DNA of 64,000 nucleotides from Candidatus Latescibacterota bacterium (GCA_965223905.1 CBDCXV010000009.1:352001-416000); one strand, 5' to 3'. Positions 18,123 through 28,960 are shown, counted from the stretch's first letter. Program-made: numbers and translations. Notes: generated from the sequence alone by a model not told the origin.

Positions 18123-18920
18123 ATGTATTCAGTTGAACCGACGCTGAACGACGACGGCGTCATGGACTTCGTCGCTTCCGGTCTGGTCGTCCTCGAAGGG
18201 GTCATCGAAGAGAGCTTCAACCGCGGCTGCGACGACCTCGCCGCGGGCAACTGCGACGCCTTGATCGCTGCGGACGACTTCACCTGCCAGGTGCTCCTGC
18301 ATCCCCAGGTCGCCGGGGTCGCGCGCTCGCTTCTGGGCGAGGACTTCCTGGTTCCTCGAGGCGGGCACCACCACTATTTCAAGGGGCCGCACCTCGGCCA
18401 GACCTGGCATTCGGACGGGCTTTCGGGCAGCGGCTACGATGTCGTCGAGCTCCAGTGCTACTACTACCCTCACAGCGTCGAGCTGGCCGACGGGCCGACC
18501 ATGGTTCTGCCCGGATCGCATTGCCGCGCCGTCGACCGCGAGGCCATCGCCCACTACGGCGATATCCGCGGCCAGGTCTCGCTGACGGTGCCGGCCGGCA
18601 CCGTGGCGATGACCTGCTATGGCATCTGGCACAAGGCCGGCCCCAAGACCAACGACCGCGCCCGCAGCATGCTAAAGTTTTCCTACCACCGGACGGCGGA
18701 ACCCCGGAGAGACTGGCTCTTCGACACGCCGGAGATCCCCGCCTACCGCGATCGCCCGCGCCTGCCGTATGTCACCGAAGTCGAATCCTACCGCGACCGG
18801 GTGCGGCGCATCCGCACCTGGAACTGGCTCTGCGGCATGGACCAGGAGGTAGCGCTGCTGCACTGGGAAACGTCGAGGCGTGTCTCGGAACTGACAGGCG
18901 AAGGCACTCCAACGTCATAG
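18123..18920 (+). CDS. Phytanoyl-CoA dioxygenase (PhyH) family Fe(II)/2OG dioxygenase
   Basis: WHSD, GPTMVLPGSH, VPAGTV, WHKA..N...R. Confidence 0.85.
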   Translation: MYSVEPTLNDDGVMDFVASGLVVLEGVIEESFNRGCDDLAAGNCDALIAADDFTCQVLLHPQVAGVARSLLGEDFLVPRGGHHHYFKGPHLGQTWHSDGLSGSGYDVVELQCYYYPHSVELADGPTMVLPGSHCRAVDREAIAHYGDIRGQVSLTVPAGTVAMTCYGIWHKAGPKTNDRARSMLKFSYHRTAEPRRDWLFDTPEIPAYRDRPRLPYVTEVESYRDRVRRIRTWNWLCGMDQEVALLHWETSRRVSELTGEGTPTS

Positions 18921-18983
18921 GACCCTGGGCGCCGTTCCGGCCTGGTAGCCCAGGAGCGCGGCTGAACGTATCCATCTTCATCA

Positions 18984-18999
18984 CCCCCCCCCCCCCCCC
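18984..18999. repeat. C16 homopolymer
   Basis: Direct reading of the sequence. Confidence 0.9.
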
Positions 19000-19136
19000 G
19001 CCGCCGCGTCTCCCTCCGCGTCATCGCCATCGGGGCCTTCGGATGCCTCGCCACCGCCGCGAGCCATTTGGCGTCCAGCCGGCCGGGGCGGTGCGAAAGT
19101 CCAGCAGCAGACCCTTTTGCCGAAGGCCATGCGCCG

Positions 19137-19585
19137 TTACCCGCCTCCCGAGGCCACCATATCGTCGTAGCGCTTTTGCATCTCTTCCGGTGATACCTCT
19201 TCGATGCTGTGACCGATGTTCCAACGATGGCCGAAGGGGTCGCGCAGGATTCCGGATCGTTCCCCGTAGAACTGATCGGTGGGGGCCATCTCGATGCTGG
19301 CGCCCGCTTTTGCCGCCCGCTCGACCACCGCGTCGGCGTCGTCGACATGTAGATGGATGGTGACCGGCGGCCGCCGACGGTGGGCGGCGCCTCGATGCCG
19401 TACTCGGGAAACTCGTCGGACAACATGAGGGTCGCGCCATCGAACTCCATCTCGGCGTGACCGATGCGACCGCCCGCCTCGGACAGGCGAAACTTCTCCC
19501 GCGCGCCGAACGCCCTGGCGTAGAAGTCGAGCGCCTCGGCGGCGTTCTGAACACACAGGTAGATGAACATCTCGTGGATGGCCAT
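19137..19585 (-). pseudogene. VOC/glyoxalase (PhnB-like) protein, frameshifted
   Basis: MAIHEMFIYLCVQNAAEALDFYARAFG...GHAE...LSDEFP in one frame, continuing as IHLHVDDAD...DQFYGERSGILRDPFGHRW in another; shift near 19370. Confidence 0.82.
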
Positions 19586-19604
19586 GCCGATACTCCCTTT
19601 CCTT

Positions 19605-20383
19605 TCAGGAATGTTCGAAAACGGTCTGTCGCATGCTCCAGGAAACCGGTTGCCGTCCGTCAAGTTGAGATCTGGCATGGAGCGCGTCCGCCAATGCGGC
19701 AAGTTCTGCCGGGCTGGTCGAAGCCTGCACTGCTGGATCCTCACAAAGGGGTTATGAAGGTCATCCCGAACATGGTGGCTGCATCCTTTGCCGCCAAGGT
19801 GTGCGGGGCGACGCGGTTTGAGCGGACACGGAGGCCGTTCAGCCCCCTGATCGCCGCCAGCCTCGGCCCGACGTAGAGCTCGCTTCCCCTGCTGCCGATG
19901 GCTTCTTCCACCAGGGCCAGGTACTCCGCGAACACCGGGTCGTCGGTGTGGATGGATTCCACCTCGTCCACCAGGATGACTCCCGTGGGGCAAATGCAGT
20001 CTTTCCAGGACTCGATGGCCCGGGCAGGATCCGGGAGGTGGGAGAGCAGCAGATGGCAGAAAACAAGGTCCGCGGGGTCGATTGGCGGAGGGCCTTCGGT
20101 CAGATCGTGCCGGAGGAACCGCAGCGTAGGCGCAGACTCGGCGGCCAGACGCAGGAAGTGCTCCGACCGGTCGACGCCAATAGTCAGGGCGGCGCCCGAT
20201 GTCTGCTGCAGGAGCCGGGTGGTGTAACCGGGGCCGCACGCCCAGGTCCACCGCAACCTCGGGATCAGGGGACGCGGCATCCCCGATGAACCTCGTCATC
20301 TCGGGCTCGAAGAGCCGCGCGGCGACCTTCAGCCGCTCGGCCGCCTGGTCGGAGTCTCCTAATGCGTATGCCTCGTCGCTCAT
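19605..20383 (-). pseudogene. Class I SAM-dependent methyltransferase, frameshifted
   Basis: VDLG|CGPG motif I split by an extra base near 20240; a second break near 19750; C-terminal SWSMRQTVFEHS*. Confidence 0.75.
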
Positions 20384-20394
20384 GGCGAGGCCGG

Positions 20395-20949
20395 TTACTT
20401 TGGCGGCAGGCTCAGCGCGTATGAAGCGCCGGTGGTCAAACTTTTGCCGGCGTATCGCAAAATGTGGTGCCGGGGAGGATGGTAGAAGCGGCCCACCTCC
20501 TCCAGGATTTCGCGTTTGCGCCGCATACATTCCCTTGCCGGGAGGGTCTTGTGCTGAATCTCCATCTCCAGCCGCAGCTGGCGCGGGGACAATCCGTCGT
20601 GGTAGCCCAAGACCTGAAGGACTCGATCCTGTACGCTGTTGAGAACCTTCAGCGGCCGGCGAAACGCGGTGGCGTAGAGTTCGAAATCCGCGGCCAGCAC
20701 ATAGCCGATTCTGCCGCCGGAGAACCGGCCTTTAAGCAGGTCGTGACGGGCGCGCAGGGTTTCGGCCAGGGCCCGGTCGTCCCCAAGGCAGCGGTGCATG
20801 AGCCGGGGGGGCGAGCCCGGCATGTCGCGAGCTACGGGAGTCACCGGCTGCAGTCTCCTCACAAGCTCGAGGTATTCCCTCTCGTCGCGGGCAGGCGATA
20901 CCAGTCCGTGGCGCCTGAGGCGGTGGGCGAGGATGGATTCCTTTCTCAT
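20395..20949 (-). pseudogene. Winged-helix / AlkZ-like DNA glycosylase family protein, probably internally deleted
   Basis: RLRRHGL...LQPV...LLKGRF.GG.IGYV then an HTH-like segment; much shorter than family members. Confidence 0.45.
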
Positions 20950-20995
20950 GGCCGGGGCTATTTGTCGGGGCGGGGCGCCGTACTCGGCCCTGGTG

Positions 20996-21592
20996 CTATA
21001 AACCGCGCGCTTCGGGATGTGCGGCTTTCAGGTTTTTGGCGGCCAGCCGTACGGTTTCGCTGACGCGTCTGGCGCGAGTTTCTTCGCGCTTCGCCGTCTT
21101 GATCCAGAGCAGGATGACTTTCTTCACCGCCTTGTTGAACGCTTCGAAGTTGCTTTTCGCTGGTTTGTTCCGGGCGAGCGCCTGTGCAAGATCTTCCGGG
21201 ATAAAGAGCTTCTCGACGTCGTCGAGAAACGCCCATGAGCCGTCTTTCTTTGCCGCGTCGATTTTCGCCTGCCCGGCGGGCGGCATGAGGCCGGCTCTGG
21301 CAAGCCGCCTGACGCGTTTCTTGTTCGACTCCGACCATGTACTTCCGGGTTTCCTCGGTGCAACGAGCAGCATCGTGCGATCGTCGTCGAGTCGGTTGGT
21401 ACGGGCATCCACCCAGCCGAAACAAAGCAACTCCTCGACCACGTGGTCGTACGGCAGGTATTGCTCGGTCACATGTTTTTTGTAAGTAACCAGCCAGAAC
21501 GTGTCTGCGGTTTCGTGATTGGTCCGCAGCCATTTGCGCAGGGCAGCCCGCGATGCGAATTCAATCCTTGGGAAGTCTCGTAACTTGCTCAT
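20996..21592 (-). CDS. YdeI/OmpD-associated family protein
   Basis: LRKWL..NH, VEELLCFGWVD, PRKPGSTWSESNK, IPEDL, WIKTAKREETRARR. Confidence 0.88.
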   Translation of the reverse strand: MSKLRDFPRIEFASRAALRKWLRTNHETADTFWLVTYKKHVTEQYLPYDHVVEELLCFGWVDARTNRLDDDRTMLLVAPRKPGSTWSESNKKRVRRLARAGLMPPAGQAKIDAAKKDGSWAFLDDVEKLFIPEDLAQALARNKPAKSNFEAFNKAVKKVILLWIKTAKREETRARRVSETVRLAAKNLKAAHPEARGL

Positions 21593-21661
21593 GCGCAATC
21601 TGGCTTGCCGCGTAGCCGTCGCATCGGCGGTCGCATCTCGCGAATACAGTCCGACTGCGGG

Positions 21662-22492
21662 CTACCGCTTCTCCGCGATGATCCCGAGCATCGGCGGCGC
21701 CGACAGGAACGCGCCGGGATCCTGCTCGCGCTCACGCCACTCGGCCTCGAACGCACGGCGTTCCGCTCCCGTCAGCAGCCCGGCTTCCACCAGCCTCGGC
21801 ACGTAACCGAAGAAGAACCCCGCCGGCCACTGCCAAAACTCCGTCCCGGGTCGGGCGAAACGCAATATCGGGACGAGGTCGAGCACACGGCATCCGGCTC
21901 TTGCTAACAACCCCGGAAGCCGCTCGCCGACGTTGAGATCTCCTCCGGTGCGCCGCCAGCTCTCGTACACCGCCGCGAGCACGCGGTCGAATGCAGGGCT
22001 TCGCGGATACAGCTTCGTCGCGTGGTAGTTCAAGTAATCCCAGGCCACGAACCGGCCCCCCGGCCGCAGGCCCGACACCACCCTCTCGATGACCGGCGCC
22101 GGATCCGGGAGAAAGCAGAACAGCCAGCGCGCGAAGGCGCCGTCGAGGGAGCCGGGTTCGAACTGCAGGGCCTCAACCCGCTCCACGCGCGCCGCGAGCT
22201 GCGTGAGTCCGCGCCGCTTCGATTCCTGGACCAGCTTTTCGATGAAGCGTGGCGACTCGTCTACCGCGAGCACGTGTCCGCTGGCGCCGACCCGGTGCGC
22301 CAGCTCGAGAGCGGCGAACCCCGGACCGCAGCCGAGATCGAGCAAACGGTCGCCCGGGCCGAAACCGGCGCGGTCCCAGAGGTCGTGCGCTTCCTGCGAC
22401 CACAGGCGATGCTGCGTCTCGAGCCGCCGCCCTTCCTCGGGATCTGTGCCGAGGAGATACGGATTTTCCGGGGAGGGGCCGGTGTCTGTCAC
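21662..22492 (-). CDS. Class I SAM-dependent methyltransferase
   Basis: LLDLGCGPG, ARWLFCFLPDP, LRPGGRF. Confidence 0.9.
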   Translation of the reverse strand: MTDTGPSPENPYLLGTDPEEGRRLETQHRLWSQEAHDLWDRAGFGPGDRLLDLGCGPGFAALELAHRVGASGHVLAVDESPRFIEKLVQESKRRGLTQLAARVERVEALQFEPGSLDGAFARWLFCFLPDPAPVIERVVSGLRPGGRFVAWDYLNYHATKLYPRSPAFDRVLAAVYESWRRTGGDLNVGERLPGLLARAGCRVLDLVPILRFARPGTEFWQWPAGFFFGYVPRLVEAGLLTGAERRAFEAEWREREQDPGAFLSAPPMLGIIAEKR

Positions 22493-22631
22493 TGTTTGAG
22501 GTCGGGGTGGTGGAACGGCGCGTCCCCCTTGATGGAGACGCGGAGGTTCGCTGCTGCGCTGACGCTCACGGCGATCGCCTCACTCCTTCGTCCCGCGGTT
22601 CCCGCCCAGCCAACATCGGGCGGGCGGAGGA

Positions 22632-23205
22632 TCATCTGTCGCGGAAGCCTTTGCCGTCCAGGATCTTCCGGGCGTACTTCCCGACTCGTGCGGCGCGGGT
22701 CTTGGCTTGCCTGGCACCTGAGAAGTACAGGTTGTACTCCCGCTGGCGACCGGGGGTCAGCGACTCGAAGCAGCCTTCAACGCCGGGTCCTGGTCCAGGC
22801 GACTCTGGAGCTCCGCGACCAGGAGGAGCTCGGGGGCCGGGCCCACCTTCAGGCCCGCCTCCTCAACACCGATGGCCTCGTCGATGTATGCCTTGACGGT
22901 GTCGGCCAGCCGGGCAACGTCCTCGACCGAGGTGAACGGGATCCGGCGAGCTGACCGTGAGTTCGGCCGTTGCTCCTCGAGAACGCCTTCAGGATCATTC
23001 AACAGGGAACCCTTGAAGAACTGAGGGCAAGGAACTCCTTCATCTCCTGGAGGATGACGATGTTCCTGCCCTCATGGCTATAGCAGGGTTTGCGCCACTT
23101 GATCTCCTCGGTCAACCCACAGCTTAGCAGGATAGGCCGCAGCCGGGTCATCTCCTCCGGCCACTTCTCGGACCGTCTGATGCAGGCATCAACCTTGGGG
23201 TTCAT
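22632..23205 (-). pseudogene. YdeI (DUF1801 + OmdA) family protein, two frameshifts
   Basis: MNPKVD...LTEEIKWRKPCY | FFKGSLLNDPEGVL...SARRIPFT | FESLTPGRQREY..YFSGAKQARTR...GKGFRDR*. Confidence 0.85.
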
Positions 23206-23222
23206 GACCACTCCGATTTTCC

Positions 23223-23285
23223 GTGGACATCAGCGAATGCGCGGCCTGTGGTGGTCGCCTGAAAATCATCGTCCATCTGGTAATC
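23223..23285 (+). mobile_element. Short remnant resembling the C-terminal Zn-ribbon of IS91/ISCR-type transposases
   Basis: VDISECAACGGRLKII resembles the D...C..CGG.L.II tail; sits at the boundary of an AT-richer segment. Confidence 0.45.
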
Positions 23286-23381
23286 GGCGATCTTCTGTCC
23301 CTGTGCGTCAAAGATGAAGGGTTTCTGGTGACTTGGGATTTCCTTTCTCTTACTTCAGAGGATCGTTCGGATATTCGCTGC

Positions 23382-24086
23382 TTATTTCCTTACCCCGCCC
23401 TTCGTCTTGGATTCATTTATTAGTTCTTCGACCCTCTCGAGGGGTGTGAAACCCACTAAGCCAGTGTGCTGCTTTATGTAGTCTCCGGTTTCCTTGCCTG
23501 CGCGATAGACTGGTCTACGAACTGTTGGGAAGTGAGTGATGATTCCTGCGATAATCCAGTCGTCTGTTCCAACGGGGAAGACGATAGCTCCGCCGGAGAA
23601 GCCTGCATTTATGTATGAGGAACTGTAGGTTCCCTTTTCTGTCGAGGCGAAGTTGGATATTGCAAGTGCTACGATTGGTATAGGTCTCCCTCCGACTTCA
23701 GGAACGTGGTCCGTTTCTGGTCCATGTTCTCCGTAGAATCCGGGGTAGCCTAGAGCGTATCCGATCTGTCCGTATATCACTCCATGTATTTTTCCGTGTC
23801 TTACTGGGATCTTCGATTCATCGAGCACCATGTCTGTTCTTAGGATTGCTATGTCGTCTGCCTTGCTGATTGCTACGGTTTCCCACGTGATCCCGTTCCA
23901 CTTGTTGTTGAATCTCACCAAGGGGTTCATGCCGCAGGGCTCTACCACGTGAAGTGCCGTTACCAGATATTCGGCCCCGTCAAGACGAATTACCACTCCG
24001 CTTCCTGCCGGGATCACAGTTCCCTTCTGGTGGCATCCTAACCAGAGGATCGGGTTCAGTACGTTGGCGGTGGGCCATTTTGCCAT
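23382..24086 (-). CDS. Trypsin-like serine protease domain protein
   Basis: Catalytic triad motifs VTALHVV, DDIAIL, NAGFSGG; visibly lower GC. Confidence 0.85.
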   Translation of the reverse strand: MAKWPTANVLNPILWLGCHQKGTVIPAGSGVVIRLDGAEYLVTALHVVEPCGMNPLVRFNNKWNGITWETVAISKADDIAILRTDMVLDESKIPVRHGKIHGVIYGQIGYALGYPGFYGEHGPETDHVPEVGGRPIPIVALAISNFASTEKGTYSSSYINAGFSGGAIVFPVGTDDWIIAGIITHFPTVRRPVYRAGKETGDYIKQHTGLVGFTPLERVEELINESKTKGGVRK

Positions 24087-24390
24087 GTTCGACTCACTAT
24101 CTCTTAGTCATTTCCAGCCACCCGGGTGCTTTCTGGGACCAAAGTCTTTCCCGAACACGCAAGTAGGGCCGTGAGGGTTGCCAGGGCTGTCCATATGGGT
24201 GGCTTGAGCATCCAGAAGTCCTTTCCTTCCATCCCGTCTGAAGGGATTGCGAATCCGGCACTCTTGAATGTACCCGCGCCGTCCTCTAGAGTTCAACCGG
24301 CCGCTGTCAGTACGGTGGGCATCTTTCTGGAGGACCGTAAATTGGACAGGCAGGGTAAGCGAAGGGCTCGAGCCAGCGGGGACCGCGAAA

Positions 24391-25254
24391 ATGTCCATTT
24401 GCCTCAGGAAGCTGCATCCATCGATCGGGGCTGAAGTCACCGGGGTCGATCTGGCCGGCCCCCTCGACGGGGCCACCGTGGAAGCCATCCAGAGCGCCTG
24501 GAGCCGGTACGGCGTGCTCCTCTTCCCGCAACAACCGATTACCGATGAGCAGCAGGTGGCCTTCAGCCGCCATTTCGGGTCGCTGGAGATCTTTCCCCAG
24601 GCGGCAAACCGTTCCCGGACAGTCCCGGAGATCTTTCGCGTCACCAATGTGGGCGATGACAACCGCATCCGGCCGGTCGACTCCCCCGGCGCCCGTTACA
24701 GCACGCTGATTTGCGTCTGGCACACCGACAGCAGTTACCGTCGAGTGCCCAGCAAGGGGGCGGTGCTTCATGCCATCGAGGTGGTCGGCAAAGGCGGCGA
24801 CACCCTGTTTGCCAACATGTGCCACGCCTACCAGCAGATGCCGGGGGAGCTGAAAGAGAGGATTGCGGGGCTGAAGGCGCGCCACAGTTTTGAATACTCC
24901 CGCCAGCTGCGCCAGCTTCCTCCCATGGATCCGGCCGAGGCGGCCCAGGTGCCGCCGGTGGACCATCCCCTGGTCCGCCGGCACCGGGACGGGCGCCTCT
25001 CGCTCTACGTCAGCGCCACCTACATGGAGCGCATCCCGGGGCTGAACGAGGCCGACAGCAGGCGGCTCATCGACGAGCTGATGGCCTGGGCCACACAGGA
25101 CCGGTTCGTCTACCGGCATCGCTGGCGTCGCCACGACGTCCTGATGTGGGACAACCGCTGGTGCATCCACGTGGTGACCCCTTTCGATCACGGGGCCGAA
25201 CGCCGGGTGATGCATCGCACCACCCTCGCCGGCACCGAACCGGTGGAAGGGTGA
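24391..25254 (+). CDS. TauD/TfdA family Fe(II)/2OG dioxygenase
   Basis: IGAEVTGVDL, WHTDSS, GGDTLFA, HPLVRRH, WDNR..IH, RVMHR. Confidence 0.93.
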   Translation: MSICLRKLHPSIGAEVTGVDLAGPLDGATVEAIQSAWSRYGVLLFPQQPITDEQQVAFSRHFGSLEIFPQAANRSRTVPEIFRVTNVGDDNRIRPVDSPGARYSTLICVWHTDSSYRRVPSKGAVLHAIEVVGKGGDTLFANMCHAYQQMPGELKERIAGLKARHSFEYSRQLRQLPPMDPAEAAQVPPVDHPLVRRHRDGRLSLYVSATYMERIPGLNEADSRRLIDELMAWATQDRFVYRHRWRRHDVLMWDNRWCIHVVTPFDHGAERRVMHRTTLAGTEPVEG

Positions 25255-25419
25255 GCGGGATACAGCCGTTGGCGCCCTGCTCGGTCGCGCGCCGCCAACA
25301 GGTCTTTTTTCTGGTGCTGCAACGACCGCTCGCGAGTGCAGTTCTCCAAAGCTGTCGAGGGTTTCGAGCGCGACGGTTTTGAGCTTGACTGAGTGGGTAG
25401 AGATCCGTACGGTCTGCGT

Positions 25420-26484
25420 ATGACAGAACCTAGGCAACCGGTCGAGACCGCCCCCGCCATCGACGACGGATCCACGACGCGCGACGCCAAAGGCGAGTGG
25501 ACCCCTCGGTTTCTGGGGAAAGCACAGCCTTTCGCTTGGCCGATCCAGCCCAAAAAGCTCCTCCAGTTTCTTCTCGGTTTCCCCGGTTTCCTTTGGCCGT
25601 TCGGCGCGGTCGCCTTCTACGGGCTCGCGGCTGTAACGTGGCACCATCTCCAGCCGGGGGCCGACCAGTTGAGCAACTTCAGCGAGCTGCGCGCCTCCTG
25701 GATCCTGCCGATGTTCGCCCGCAACGTCGCCTTGCTGGTGTTCGTCGCCGGCTCTCTGCACCTGATCCTCTACTTGCGCCGCGTCCAGGGGACCCGCTTC
25801 AAATACAATTCGCGGTGGCCCGGAACCAACAGCAAAGCGTTTCTGTTCAACGACCAGGTCAAGGACAACATCTTCTGGAGCGTCGTCAGCGGCGGTACGG
25901 TCTGGACTCTGTACGAAGTGCTCATGTTGTGGGCGTATGGCAACGGCTGGGCGCCTTACATTTCGTGGCAGGACAACCCCGTCTGGTTCTTCGCGCTGGC
26001 CGCGGTTCTTCCGTTCTGGCAGGACCTGCACTTCTACGTCATACACCGCATTTCGCACTGGAAACCGCTCTACAAGTGCTCCCACTACCTGCATCACCGC
26101 AACACGAACGTGGGGCCTTGGTCCGGCCTGTCGATGCACCCGATCGAGCACCTGCTCTATTTCACCCGCTGGATCATCCTGTTCCTGGTGCCGTCGCACC
26201 CGATCCACATGTTCTTCCTGATGCAGCGTCCGGCGCTCAACCCCGCCCTGGGTCACACTGGCTTCGACAGGATCGTCCTGAAAGAGGAGAGCGAGGGCAT
26301 GTCCATCGACTCCTATTTCCACTACCTGCACCACCGCTACTTCGAGTGCAACTACGGCACCGTCACGGTGCCTTTTGACCGCTGGTTCGGATCGCTGCAC
26401 GACGGCTCTCCAGAGTCGTACGAGCGCATGCGACGCAAGCAGCGGATCCCGGCTAAGACGGACCCAGAGGCGGGTAGCGCGTAA
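25420..26484 (+). CDS. Sterol desaturase / fatty acid hydroxylase family membrane protein
   Basis: His boxes HRISH, HYLHH, HPIE, GH, HYLHHR...CNYG...FDRWFGS; TM segments. Confidence 0.9.
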   Translation: MTEPRQPVETAPAIDDGSTTRDAKGEWTPRFLGKAQPFAWPIQPKKLLQFLLGFPGFLWPFGAVAFYGLAAVTWHHLQPGADQLSNFSELRASWILPMFARNVALLVFVAGSLHLILYLRRVQGTRFKYNSRWPGTNSKAFLFNDQVKDNIFWSVVSGGTVWTLYEVLMLWAYGNGWAPYISWQDNPVWFFALAAVLPFWQDLHFYVIHRISHWKPLYKCSHYLHHRNTNVGPWSGLSMHPIEHLLYFTRWIILFLVPSHPIHMFFLMQRPALNPALGHTGFDRIVLKEESEGMSIDSYFHYLHHRYFECNYGTVTVPFDRWFGSLHDGSPESYERMRRKQRIPAKTDPEAGSA

Positions 26485-26700
26485 GGGAGCCCTTCTCCCG
26501 GGTCTGCTGCGACGACGCTGCGTCTGATCTTCTTCTCTGCCCTGGCCGAACCACCCACTTTTTTCTGCATACACCGTCCGATCGGTATGTTTCGCGCCGC
26601 GAATCGGATGGATGCCTCTACCAGCGCCGCTGATCCTGTCGGTGGCCGCTCAGCAGACCGCGGTCTTTCGGCGCGCCCAGCGAGCGCAATCACCAACGTC

Positions 26701-26729
26701 TTGATGTCCTGACGTTATAACGCTACGTT
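26701..26729 (+). promoter_or_regulatory. Putative sigma70 promoter with palindromic operator for the TA operon (probably leaderless)
   Basis: TTGATG-17-TACGTT, spacer palindrome CGTTATAACG, ATG 7 nt after the -10. Confidence 0.55.
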
Positions 26730-26736
26730 CATCGTT

Positions 26737-26970
26737 ATGACGGATACTACGAAGAGAAGCACGGTGTATTTCGATCGATCGATTCACCGGGCGCTGCGGT
26801 TGAAGGCGGCTGAAACGGATCGGTCGATTTCTGATCTGGTCAACGACGCTGTGCGCCTGTCACTGGCGGAAGATGCAGAGGATCTGGCGGCATTCGAAGA
26901 TCGTGCTGCGGAGACCGATCTCGCATTCGAGGATGTGTTGAAGTCTCTGAAGCGCAGTGGCAAGATATAA
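26737..26970 (+). CDS. CopG/ribbon-helix-helix antitoxin
   Basis: KRSTVYFD..IHRALRLKAAET..SISDLVNDAVR, acidic tail; overlaps relE. Confidence 0.85.
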   Translation: MTDTTKRSTVYFDRSIHRALRLKAAETDRSISDLVNDAVRLSLAEDAEDLAAFEDRAAETDLAFEDVLKSLKRSGKI

Positions 26971-27217
26971 CCTTCGGATCAAGCCCTCTGCGATCCGAGA
27001 AATTGAGGCGATCCCCCTGAAAAGGGTGCGTCAGCGGATCGTCCGGCGAATCCGCTCACTCGCCGATGACCCGCGCCCTACGGGTTGTGAGAAACTATCT
27101 GGCAAGGAGCGCTATCGGGTCCGGCAGGGTCAGTATCGCATCGTCTACTCGATCGAGGATCGAGAGCTTGTCATCTACGTCGTAAAGGCAGGTCACCGTT
27201 CGAGTGTCTACCGGTAA
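26957..27217 (+). CDS. Type II toxin, RelE/ParE family
   Basis: DPRP.GCEKL, YRVRQGQYRIVY, GHR..VYR. Confidence 0.9.
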   Translation: MARYNLRIKPSAIREIEAIPLKRVRQRIVRRIRSLADDPRPTGCEKLSGKERYRVRQGQYRIVYSIEDRELVIYVVKAGHRSSVYR

Positions 27218-27365
27218 CCGAAAAGCTCCTTCCCGCCGGGTGAGTCACCTCACCTTTTTTCGGCCGGCGATCGGATCGCCTGCTTCAGCAAACGGTCCTT
27301 GAAGTTCGTGAAGCCAGACAAGCCCACCGGAAACAGGGCCCTCAGCGGGGGCGACTCCGCGGCCG

Positions 27366-28794
27366 ATGACGGACATACTTCATAGTACCGGATTCACTGA
27401 GGCCAGCACCGCCTGGGACCTCTCTCCAGGGGCGAAGCAAGGTGTCGACGTCGGTCCCGATGGCGCGATGCTGTCACCTCCCGAGGGTGAAACCGCCTCG
27501 CTGCGGGGCGGCGGCGTGCACGCCCGCAATGGCGACAGCATCGAGGTGCGTTTCCGCGTGCTGGAGGGAAGCGGCCGGCTGCGTTTCGGGTTCGACGCGG
27601 AGCTGCACGAGCATGCCCGTGTTGAAGTCTGTATGAAGACGGGAACGGTTTCGCTGTTCACGAGCGATTGGCGGCTCGAGCAGCCGGTTGCCGCGGTCCG
27701 AGGCGAGGTGCTAGCGGATCGATCGCACAACCTCCTCATCGAGAAGACGGAGGGCGCGGGCGCACTGATCAAGAACGCCCATGTGACCGTCTATCTGGAC
27801 GGGGCGCGGATCATGCACCTCGAGAACCTGGACCTGCTGCCGGAAATGGGTGTGCTCGTGGAAGTGAGCGGGGCCCGGGTGCTCGTCGAGGAGTTCGTGC
27901 ACCGGGGCCGGCCATCGGAGATACCGGAATACCTGCATCTGGGCGGCTGCCAGGTGCTCAACGTCGACAACATCGAAGAGAACCTCGGGTCTATTTGCCG
28001 CGGGCTGGAAATGGCTGCCGAGGCCGGCGTCGAGCTGCTGGTTACGCCGGAGATGTCCCTTACCGGACTGTATCCCACGAGTCCACGCACGCGGGAACCA
28101 GAGCCGGTAGCCGCGGCCGAAGCGCAGCTGCGGCAGTTCATTCGCGAGCTTCCGGACGCCCCGCACGTCATTGTCGGTCTGCCGGTCTGGGAAGCGGTGA
28201 CAGAGCACGATCTGCCAGAGACGAGGTATATCGCCTCACGCGTGTACGATCCCGACGGCGAGGTTCTGTACACAGCGCGCAAAGTCCATTCAGCGGAACA
28301 GGAGATGTGGCACGGGTACCGGCTCAACGAGTTCGACATCCAGGGCGTCCCCGTTTCGCTCTACATCTGCCACGATCACCGCTATCCGGAGCTTCAGACC
28401 CTGCCGGTGTATGTTCGGGACTCGTCTCCTCCTGCATCCCTCGAACGGCGGTGTCGTCAGTGGCACCATCAGCGCGTTCGAGGCGAGCGCCAGGGCAGCG
28501 AGCAGACAGACACACGCCTTTCACATGCACGTGAACGCCGGCGGTGGCAGCTACATCGTCGGTCCGGAACGGGAGGCGGAGCTGCTGGCTGCGAGTGAGG
28601 AATCACGGAGCGACAACCCCGACAACCCGACAGTTGGAAAGCCGGCAGAGTGCTTCTTCCACGCCAACGTGCGCATCCACGACGCCTTCGGGTACTGGCC
28701 GACCCGCGCTTTCCGCGCCTCCGAGTCCATCGCGCGGGCGTACGCGGACCTGTACCGGGAGATTGGCGGCATGAGGCAGATACCGCCATGCTGA
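27366..28794 (+). pseudogene. Carbon-nitrogen hydrolase (nitrilase superfamily) with extra N-terminal beta-rich domain; frameshift near 28408
   Basis: Catalytic E-K-C: VTPEMSLTG, RKVH, ICHDHRYPE; continues as MFGTRLLLHPSN in another frame. Confidence 0.75.
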
Positions 28795-28960
28795 CAAACA
28801 GCGACAAGGCGAAACCAATCGGGCGGCAGGAGGAGAGAACGGCACAGCTCGGTGGTTCAGCGATTGAAGGCGACCAACACTCGATGAAGCTCGCTCGTCC
28901 GTATTAACGAGGTGTTTCATTCCTGGAAGGCCACGGATCTCTCCGTTCGGCCTCTACATC

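Noticed and set aside
18984-18999. C16 tract as a phase-variation switch
   Set aside because: It lies between convergent gene ends, not in a supported CDS or promoter, and homopolymer length is unreliable.
18788-20530. 580-aa ORF that looks like a methyltransferase-VOC fusion
   Set aside because: Chance read-through linking the N-termini of two separately frameshifted genes via non-coding frames.
24307-26574. 755-aa minus-strand ORF
   Set aside because: Antisense to the well-supported TauD and sterol desaturase genes.
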